From positions 798,343-862,342 of the forward strand of contig JAQUQO010000001.1 of the NCBI GenBank assembly GCA_028716045.1: DNA of 64,000 nucleotides, written 5' to 3'. Under the pieces are notes generated by a model. That model was given only the letters and a program-made list of their open reading frames with translations, searched no databases and was not told where the DNA came from. The number at the start of each line of letters is the position of its first letter. Position 1 is the stretch's first letter. The translations under genes were made by a program, and so were the position numbers. This DNA is from Patescibacteria group bacterium. Its GTDB lineage: Bacteria > Patescibacteriota > Patescibacteriia > JAQUQO01. Positions 31,065 to 38,283 of this stretch are shown in pieces.

Positions 31065-31826
31065 TAAAGTTAATTTTGGGCGCAATGTTTTTATCACCTT
31101 AAAATCAAAGATATTTTTTGTTATGTTAAGTTTTTTGGTTAATTTTCTAGCTTCTTTTTCTCCGCCCACGTAATCAAACAACTTTTGCACGTTCCTTTTA
31201 TATCTAGATTTTTCTAGCGAACGGAGCGCAATTAATAAGTTATCAATTTCTTTTTTTGAAGGTTGTTTAAACCCTTTAGACATAAATTTAAGACAGGCAA
31301 AAAGATTTGCCGGATGAGCGATGACGTTTACCCTGAGTTTTTTATTTTTTAAATCCGACATGGCATTTGGTAATGAAACAACTTTTTTAGGCCAGTTTTT
31401 TGAGGTGGCCTCTTTCAGAGATAAGGCGAATCCATTAATAGTAAAGTTGGCGTTATTTTTAAGGTTTTTAAAAATACTTTTTTCTCGTGAAATATGTATG
31501 TCAAGAATTAGATAATCGTTGAACCGGTGTTTTGGTTTTTCAACTAATTTCTTTTTTAATACAACCTCATTTTTTCTTTTTATTTTGCCGTAGATAAATC
31601 CCCGCTTTCTTAAATTCTCTATAAATTTTTTCTTATCACCAATAAGGACTAAGTCATAATCACGTTGGGGGAGAGTGGCGCCAAAAATGTTAAAATAGAG
31701 CGCATTTCTTAGAGCGCCCCCTATTAAAAAGATTTTTGTATTTTTAGGGATAGCCGACTTAACATCAACGAGTATGTTAAATATTTTTAAATTTTTCATG
31801 AAAACCGGCAGTTTTTTTAATTCCAT
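31059..31826 (-). CDS. Nucleotidyltransferase, poly(A) polymerase/CCA-enzyme head-like (array gene)
   Basis: FLIGGALRN..RDYDL..NFTINGFAL. Confidence 0.65.
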   Translation of the reverse strand: MELKKLPVFMKNLKIFNILVDVKSAIPKNTKIFLIGGALRNALYFNIFGATLPQRDYDLVLIGDKKKFIENLRKRGFIYGKIKRKNEVVLKKKLVEKPKHRFNDYLILDIHISREKSIFKNLKNNANFTINGFALSLKEATSKNWPKKVVSLPNAMSDLKNKKLRVNVIAHPANLFACLKFMSKGFKQPSKKEIDNLLIALRSLEKSRYKRNVQKLFDYVGGEKEARKLTKKLNITKNIFDFKVIKTLRPKLTLT

Positions 31827-31869
31827 ACGGAGTATTTATAAATTAACTTTTTATTAAATTGGCGTCAGC

Positions 31870-31900
31870 GCGTAACGTATGCGATGAAGAAAGGTCGCGC
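31870..31900 (-). repeat. Degenerate attC-like half-site
   Basis: Plus strand TAACGTATGCG matches the start of the site at 32687; partner arm not found. Confidence 0.5.
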
Positions 31901-31911
31901 GCATTTCGTTT

Positions 31912-32280
31912 TTAATTTTTTTTCTTTTTGCACCAGCCAACCAGAAATAAAATCCCGATGAGGAATGCCGGCCCGGCAATTATTAAAGAATAAGACAATG
32001 CAGACCATTGAAATTTTGGGGTTATTACGATGTCCGCTAAATACAACAGTCCGGCCAGAATAAAAGTTACTCCTCCCACTATTTCGTATTTCCACGATAT
32101 CAGCAGGACAATTAATAAAATAAGCGCTGGGATATTGTGCATAAATAATCCTAAAATCGTCCCCCAAAATCCATAATTTCCATCAAAAATATCCAATGAA
32201 AACAGCATTAGGAATAAAATAAAGATGATTGATAAAATTCTTGGCGTCCAGTAGATAAATTGGTTAATCTTTTTTTCCAT
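31912..32280 (-). CDS. Four-TM hypothetical membrane protein (array gene)
   Basis: WTPRILSI..FSLDIF..HNIP pattern; start taken at ATG 32280. Confidence 0.7.
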   Translation of the reverse strand: MEKKINQFIYWTPRILSIIFILFLMLFSLDIFDGNYGFWGTILGLFMHNIPALILLIVLLISWKYEIVGGVTFILAGLLYLADIVITPKFQWSALSYSLIIAGPAFLIGILFLVGWCKKKKN

Positions 32281-32391
32281 TTTAAAATGGGTTATTTGAT
32301 AAACAGTATATTGCCTTTTCTTTTTTATACAAAATGCTTTTAGAGAGGGGGTGGCGAGCGTGTTACTTGCCACCCCGTTTTTGTCGGGTTT

Positions 32392-32613
32392 TCAATCAAA
32401 GGCGGCGGCGAAACCCACCAGCACCGTGACCAGCACGACGCAGAGGCCTACGCAGAGACCCCATGGGCCAGGAATGATTAGAGCGGTAAAGGTGCCGACC
32501 ACCAGCCCTTTGGCAAGGTTGGTTCTTAGCACCTTCAACTCGGAATCGTTGGGGGTTATTCCCCAATCAAGATACCATACTAATATCCCAGCAAGATAGC
32601 ATAAAATTTTCAT
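32392..32613 (-). CDS. Small hydrophobic protein flanked by inverted repeats (array gene)
   Basis: AGGAGG SD, downstream GGGGTGGC/GCCACCCC hairpin, 18-bp perfect flanking inverted repeats. Confidence 0.6.
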   Translation of the reverse strand: MKILCYLAGILVWYLDWGITPNDSELKVLRTNLAKGLVVGTFTALIIPGPWGLCVGLCVVLVTVLVGFAAAFD

Positions 32614-32683
32614 GGATTCCTCCTGGTTACAGGTTTCATAATTGCGGACCCTCTAAAAGCATTTTGTAAAAGAGCAATATTTC

Positions 32684-32722
32684 CGATAACGTATGCGTGT
32701 ATCTGATGTCGTATTAGCAATA
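32684..32722 (-). repeat. attC-like site with one arm deleted
   Basis: Plus strand TAACGTATGCGTGTATCTGATGTCGT is nearly identical to the arms at 31001 and 33957; partner arm missing. Confidence 0.65.
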
Positions 32723-32784
32723 TGGGCGAAAGGTAGAGAGGAATTAAAGGGGTGAAGGCCCGTAGCCAGTACTCCAATTTAGTT

Positions 32785-33732
32785 TTAGTTTTTTCTTTGC
32801 CGAGTTCTATTTTTCAGATACCGCTCAGTAGTTTCTTTTGACGTTAACCAATTTCTACCTTCTTTATATGCTTCTAATTTTCCCTGTCTAGCCAACAAGT
32901 TTAGATATTTGGCAGAAAAAGGTGTGGTTTTAGATATTTCAGCTAGTGGTACAAATTTCTCCTGTTTTTGGGTTGAAGGAGTTAAAGTTTTGAGGTAAAT
33001 ATCAAGAGAGCGCTCAATGGATTGAGCGATAAATTTTACCAGTGGTTCATACTTACCGCTGTCTGCCTTTTCCAGCACGTCATAATATTTTTTGCGGTCA
33101 TTCTTCAATATAATCACCAACGGATAGCCGGCTTGCATCAATAGTAAATTCATAGTTAGTCGTGCCGTTCTGCCGTTACCGTCAAAAAATGGGTGAATGT
33201 GTACTAATTTGTGATGGAGCAAAGCAGTCAGCTCAACAACGCCAATCTTATTCTTTTGCGCATTGAGCCAATTAATTAAATCCCTCATTTTTTGTGGCAC
33301 TTGCAAGGCGTCTGGTGGCGTGTGTTTTGCTCCGCCGATAATTACATTGGCGTTTCTGTATCGGCCAGCCCACTCTTTGTCCGTTTCTTGAGTAATAATT
33401 TGATGCAAATTTCGTATGAGCATTTCAGAGATAGTGCGCTTTTTATCCTTATCTACCAGGTCGTACAAATATTCCAACGCGGCTTGATGGTCTTTGGCCT
33501 CCAAATGGTCTTTTAAGGGCTTTCCTTTTATAGTTATGCCCTCGTTGATAACTAAAAAGGTCTCTTTTAAAGTTAAAGAGTTTCCTTCAATAGCATTTGA
33601 GTTGTAGGTCATTTCAATTTGAAACTTTTCTCGAAGTTTTTGTACCGCAGATTTCGGTAGGGGACGAAGTTTGTTGAGTTTGGCTAGTTTTTCTTCCAGT
33701 CGAGCTTTTATTATTGGCGATAGGTAAGTCAT
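32785..33732 (-). CDS. Fic-family AMPylase with C-terminal HTH (array gene)
   Basis: HPFFDGNGRTAR catalytic motif, SNAIEGN inhibitory motif, C-terminal YLNLLARQGKLEAYKEGRNW. Confidence 0.92.
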   Translation of the reverse strand: MTYLSPIIKARLEEKLAKLNKLRPLPKSAVQKLREKFQIEMTYNSNAIEGNSLTLKETFLVINEGITIKGKPLKDHLEAKDHQAALEYLYDLVDKDKKRTISEMLIRNLHQIITQETDKEWAGRYRNANVIIGGAKHTPPDALQVPQKMRDLINWLNAQKNKIGVVELTALLHHKLVHIHPFFDGNGRTARLTMNLLLMQAGYPLVIILKNDRKKYYDVLEKADSGKYEPLVKFIAQSIERSLDIYLKTLTPSTQKQEKFVPLAEISKTTPFSAKYLNLLARQGKLEAYKEGRNWLTSKETTERYLKNRTRQRKN

Positions 33733-33953
33733 AGAAAATGCTTAATATGGTTTAGGTAAGTATTCATAGTATACCATATTAAGGAATTAGGTCAAGTTTG
33801 AGTATTTATTTGTCATTTTTGAGCGACCCCGAGCTGGGTCGAGGGGGGAGCAAAAAAATACCTTTTCCCCTTTATAAAATAAAGATAAAAATAAAATCGT
33901 TAATTTTTTAAAGCCACGCCCGCTCAAAGCGGGCGAAAGAAAAGGAATATTTC

Positions 33954-34052
33954 AGCTAACGTCCGCGTATATCTGATGTTTTACGGAGCGTAGCGGAGCA
34001 AAATATGGGTGGAGGCTCTGGAAGAGCCGAAACCAGATATACGCTGTTATAT
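33954..34052 (-). repeat. Intact attC-like hairpin site
   Basis: Minus strand TATAAC-A-GCGTATATCTG-GTTT...AAACAT-CAGATATACGC-GGAC-GTTAGC; 11-bp perfect stem plus paired TAAC/GTTA with an asymmetric internal loop. Confidence 0.8.
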
Positions 34053-34183
34053 GATGTACATGTTTTCCTTTGATTTCTGAAAGAAATTGCTTTTACAAAA
34101 GAAAGATCCGATTTTGTTTTTCCGTTTTGGGCGAAGGGCAGAGGGGAATTAAAGGGGTGAATGCCCGAGCCCCAAACACCTTA

Positions 34184-37100
34184 TTATTTTACTTTCTGTT
34201 TTGCTGTTTTCCATCTCTCCAAACTACTTGGTCCAAAGATTTTAATAGCATTTTCCTCTGTTATTTTTAGAAGCTCAGTACTTGAAATAATACCTTCTTT
34301 AAATAGAACTAAATATTCACCTCTTTCTAGATTCAATCCTGCTTCAAGTAAATCAAGAGCTTCGGTTGGTATGCCAACTTCAAGTTGTTTTAAGAGTTTT
34401 TCCATTTCTTCCTCACTCAACCCCCCACCTAAGAACATCACGTTGGAAATTTCATATGCTGACCTAAGATAAAAACGTGTTCCATCTGCAAATTTAATAA
34501 TATCACCATACCCAATTTTACCTTGATAAGGTGTTGTGGAATAATTCGTTTCAATTGTTTCTACTGGTGCCCCATGAATCCAGTCGAATAAAATTGCCGC
34601 TCGTTTACATCTTGCGTAGTAACTAAATTGATCAGGTACAAAATTTTGTAGTGCACGCACTCTGTCACTACCATATTTTTGGACAGCTTCTTGTTGTCTA
34701 CTACTTTCTTTTGTTCCACGCTTCATTACTGGTGTGTAAATTCTGTCTAAATCTGGTAACGCCTGTATCAGGATCATCAGTCCTTCAGCATTGAGTTTTT
34801 TAGGATCTTCTTTTTTTAGCATTTCTACCAGTCTCATCGCAGATGGAAAGGATAATGCTGAACGCCCGCATGCCCTGCCAAGTAACGTTAATTGGACCAA
34901 GAGGCCTTCTTGTTCAATAAGTTGTAATTGGATCATTTGGCCAAGAAGATCCGTAACTCTTTGGTTAATTTCAGCGTGCCAATTAGGATTTGCTTTGGTT
35001 GCTAAGTAGCCGCCATATGTATTTGCCAACAACCTCGGTATTTCATTTTTTGGAATTTGATTAATTTGGGCGAGCAACCGAATGATCCAAGTTTCTATAT
35101 GATTAGGATCAAATGATGAAGTTAACTTCTCTAATTCGCCTACAACGTAGCTGTTAAATAAACGTTCTCTATCGTAGCTTGTTTTTGCGTAAATTATTGA
35201 TTTACCTTCTTCGTGGAAACCAACTCTACCGGCACGGCCAGCCATGTTTTTATATTCTGCTACTGTGAAATTGCGTCCATCTTCACCCAAAAATTCTTGC
35301 TCTGCGATAATTACTGTTGATGCAGGTGTGTTAATCCCTGCTGCTACCGTTGTTGTTGCGCCTAAAACACGAACTTTGCTTTTTGGATTACGGTAGAATT
35401 GTTCAACAATATTTTTTTCTTCACGACTCAAGTTTGTATTGTGAAATGCAGTACCTCCTTGAAGACATTGTCTTAACTTCTCTGATGTTGATGATAAATC
35501 CTGATTTGGTAATTTCGAAAGCGCATCAAGTGCTGGCGGCAGGTGAAGATCGTTGGCCAGATAATTTGCAACACCTTCTGAATTGCCTCGCATGTTTCTG
35601 AAAACAATAATTTTTTCATTTTCGTTGGTGAGTAATATTTTTTTCACCAGAGGCACGATAACATCCTGCGCGCTTGGTTGATCACGTCTTTGTTGTATTT
35701 CGTGGGGCTGGAGTAACTGTTCTGTTTTTCTGTTGCCATCCTTATCAATAAATTCATAGGTACCACTTCTGTCTATTACTCCCTCTATTAAAGGAACGGG
35801 GCGATTAGTGGTTACCAATTTATCGCATTGCAACCATTTATCTAGGTCATTAATTCCCCCGATTACAGCTGATAAAGCTATGACTTGTGGCTGTATTCCC
35901 TTTTCGCGACTAGTTAGTAAATAGGTTAATAACAACTCTACAACTATCCCCCTATTCGGATCTGCAATAAATTGCGCTTCATCAATTACAATTAACCCGA
36001 TATTGTTTAGAACCCACGGATTGCCAATGGCAAGATTTAAAAACATTTCGTAGGTTAAAAGTGCTATGTCATATTTCCCGCTTACGAATGGTTTTGTCTG
36101 GTCAACATAGTCACCAGTACATCGCACTATACGCATACCGAGTTCCTTTCCGTATAATTCTTCAAATTGTTCGTATTTTTCGCTTGTTAATGCGCGATAT
36201 GGAAACAGGAAAACAGTTTTTCTTCCTTCGGTAATGGCTTTTGTAGCTGCTAATTCGCCAATGAAGGTTTTACCAGAGCTTGTAGGCGCTACTACTACCA
36301 AAGAATTATTTTCGAAAATGCGCTTTTCGTTAACTGCCAGAAGTTGTAAATCGTTGAGGCCATCCTTAAAATTTGATTCCCATATATTAAGGATATTTTG
36401 AGGGATTCCAAAAATTTTAAGATCTTTAATTGCTTTTGTAATTTTAGTACCTACTGCTTCTGGAAAATACTTAAAATAGTTTTTACCTTTTTTGAGGACT
36501 GGTATTTTAAATCCACCTTTTATTGAGCCAAATAAAACGGGCGTTTGCGTTATACCTAATCGATTCGCTTCAGCATTTACATGCTCCATTACTTTAGAAA
36601 CAATACTCACCACATCGATTTGTGTACCACCATCCTGTAAAATGTCTATTAGTGCTTTTGTTAAGAGGCCATGACCACTGCCAGGAGTTTCATAGGCCAA
36701 TTGATTTACATCCGAGGCTGCTATTAGAATTCTTCCTTCCCCAGTAAATTGTTTGAAAGTATTACCTGGATCCCTCGGTATAGGGCTATTTTCAAGTACT
36801 TTTGCTGGTGCTCCGCCGCTAAAACAGCAATCAAGTACAAATAATATCGTCTTTGCTTTAGAAGACTTAAATAGATTAGCAATTTCTTCAACTGATATTG
36901 TGGATTTTTCCAAATTAGCTAAAGCCGTATTGTATGTTACAAGTTGGTGAGCATGTGTGCCATGACCAGAAAAAGATATTATTACAGCATCTTCTTCTCC
37001 TGCTTTGTTCAATGTCTCTGCGAGCATTGATTGAATGGCTTCTATGGTAGCATTTTCATCAACCAATAAACTCGCCTGCATGTCCGCTATAGTATCGCTA

Positions 37101-37204
37101 AAGAGCGAGAAGAGTGCGGTTGCATCTTTGCGTGCACCTGTTAGGTCTCGAATGTTGGGGTCGATGTGTTTATCGATTCCTATAAAATTTCCGTATATTG
37201 CCAT
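34184..37204 (-). CDS. Caspase (peptidase C14)-domain / Ski2-like SF2 helicase fusion (first gene of the array)
   Basis: FSGHG and LDCCFSG His-Cys dyad; APTSSGKT, DEAQ, LSA and NMAGRAGR helicase motifs. Confidence 0.88.
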   Translation of the reverse strand: MAIYGNFIGIDKHIDPNIRDLTGARKDATALFSLFSDTIADMQASLLVDENATIEAIQSMLAETLNKAGEEDAVIISFSGHGTHAHQLVTYNTALANLEKSTISVEEIANLFKSSKAKTILFVLDCCFSGGAPAKVLENSPIPRDPGNTFKQFTGEGRILIAASDVNQLAYETPGSGHGLLTKALIDILQDGGTQIDVVSIVSKVMEHVNAEANRLGITQTPVLFGSIKGGFKIPVLKKGKNYFKYFPEAVGTKITKAIKDLKIFGIPQNILNIWESNFKDGLNDLQLLAVNEKRIFENNSLVVVAPTSSGKTFIGELAATKAITEGRKTVFLFPYRALTSEKYEQFEELYGKELGMRIVRCTGDYVDQTKPFVSGKYDIALLTYEMFLNLAIGNPWVLNNIGLIVIDEAQFIADPNRGIVVELLLTYLLTSREKGIQPQVIALSAVIGGINDLDKWLQCDKLVTTNRPVPLIEGVIDRSGTYEFIDKDGNRKTEQLLQPHEIQQRRDQPSAQDVIVPLVKKILLTNENEKIIVFRNMRGNSEGVANYLANDLHLPPALDALSKLPNQDLSSTSEKLRQCLQGGTAFHNTNLSREEKNIVEQFYRNPKSKVRVLGATTTVAAGINTPASTVIIAEQEFLGEDGRNFTVAEYKNMAGRAGRVGFHEEGKSIIYAKTSYDRERLFNSYVVGELEKLTSSFDPNHIETWIIRLLAQINQIPKNEIPRLLANTYGGYLATKANPNWHAEINQRVTDLLGQMIQLQLIEQEGLLVQLTLLGRACGRSALSFPSAMRLVEMLKKEDPKKLNAEGLMILIQALPDLDRIYTPVMKRGTKESSRQQEAVQKYGSDRVRALQNFVPDQFSYYARCKRAAILFDWIHGAPVETIETNYSTTPYQGKIGYGDIIKFADGTRFYLRSAYEISNVMFLGGGLSEEEMEKLLKQLEVGIPTEALDLLEAGLNLERGEYLVLFKEGIISSTELLKITEENAIKIFGPSSLERWKTAKQKVK

Positions 37205-37329
37205 GTTGTGTGGATTTGGTTTATTTAAAATCGTTTTCGGAGCGAAGCGTAGAAAACACCTTATACCCCTCTATAATTAATGAAAAAGAAATTTTAAAAT
37301 TTTTTAAAACAATTGGGCGATAGCCCAAA

Positions 37330-37372
37330 AAAGAAAAGGAATATTTCAGCTAACTACCTATATCCTAACTTG
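37330..37372 (-). other. attI-like site
   Basis: Minus strand GTTAGG-ATATA-GGTA-GTTAGC followed by the same 25-bp leader that follows the attC-like site at 33960; no hairpin. Confidence 0.7.
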
Positions 37373-37392
37373 TTTAAAATTTGCTTTATTTA

Positions 37393-37429
37393 TGCTATAA
37401 TTTTAACATAAATGTGAAATCAAAAGCAA
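37393..37429. promoter_or_regulatory. Overlapping divergent promoters (Pint-like on plus, Pc-like on minus)
   Basis: Plus strand TGCTATAAT at 37393-37401; minus strand TTGCTT-N18-TAAAAT with a TG extension (37429-37400) pointing into the array. Confidence 0.55.
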
Positions 37430-37432
37430 GTT

Positions 37433-38272
37433 ATGAATACACATTATCGGCCGAGTCGGGACCCGATAATTTTGTTAAAACAAGAGATGAAGTTACGTGG
37501 TTTCAGCGACAAAACAATCAAAAGCTATATCCATTATATTAATGATTGCTTGCGTTTTGCTGGTACGGACCCGCGCAGCGCGTCTCAAAAAGATGTGCGG
37601 GCATATTTGGAATACTTAGCGGACGAGAATCTTTCTGCTTCCACTATTAATACTGCTTATAGCGCCCTGCTGTTTTATTTTGGCAAAATTCTAAACCGTA
37701 ATTTTTTTGTCAAAATACCGCGCATTAAGAAAGAAAAACATTTGCCCGTTGTATTGTCTCACGAAGAAATTAATAGAATGATTGGGCTGTCTGTTAATCC
37801 TAAGCATAGATGTATTTTATCCCTTCTTTATGGCACCGGCGTGCGGGTGAGCGAATTGACGCATATCAAAATGTGCGATATTGATTTGGACCGTATGGTT
37901 TTGCGGATATATCAAGGCAAGGGGAAAAAAGATCGCTTAACAATTTTGCCGGCAACTTTGAAAAAAATATTATCCCAGCAGCAGGGATTGAAAACATCGG
38001 AAGATTTTTTGTTTACCAATGGCCGGGGCGGAAGATTAACCGAGGCCAGCATCCAAAAAATTGTCGCTTTGGCTGCCGCCAAGGCCGGAATAGGGAAAAC
38101 AGTGTCGCCCCATACCCTGCGCCACAGTTTTGCCACCCATTTGCTTGAAAATGGAACTGATATAAGGTATATTCAGGAATTATTGGGGCATGCCAAATTG
38201 CAGACCACCCAAATTTACACGCATGTGGCGAGCAATAATATTAAAAACATAACAAGTCCGCCGGATTTATAA
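37433..38272 (+). CDS. Tyrosine recombinase, integron-integrase-like but lacking the IntI-specific insertion
   Basis: N-terminal LRGFSDKTIKSY SAM-like domain; GVRVSEL, GKGKKDR, HTLRHSFATH and LLGH..TTQIYTH catalytic motifs; 279 aa. Confidence 0.9.
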   Translation: MNTHYRPSRDPIILLKQEMKLRGFSDKTIKSYIHYINDCLRFAGTDPRSASQKDVRAYLEYLADENLSASTINTAYSALLFYFGKILNRNFFVKIPRIKKEKHLPVVLSHEEINRMIGLSVNPKHRCILSLLYGTGVRVSELTHIKMCDIDLDRMVLRIYQGKGKKDRLTILPATLKKILSQQQGLKTSEDFLFTNGRGGRLTEASIQKIVALAAAKAGIGKTVSPHTLRHSFATHLLENGTDIRYIQELLGHAKLQTTQIYTHVASNNIKNITSPPDL

Positions 38273-38283
38273 AAAATAATTTT

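Larger units (their letters stand above)
29865..38272. mobile_element. Putative non-canonical integron (recombinase plus cassette array)
   Basis: Divergent recombinase, attI-like site, four attC-like sites of varying integrity and seven co-oriented accessory genes. Confidence 0.75.

Noticed and set aside
32723-37280. Long-range pairing between cassette leader and trailer in the helicase and Fic cassettes
   Set aside because: Only short CCCCT/AGGGG complementarity; too weak to assert without folding calculations
30998-37354. Repeats as a CRISPR array
   Set aside because: Spacing is gene-sized and irregular, and no cas genes are present
37433-38272. Calling the recombinase xerC/xerD or intI
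   Set aside because: It lacks the IntI insertion, while its N-terminus and cassette context are unlike housekeeping Xer; left without a symbol pending phylogeny
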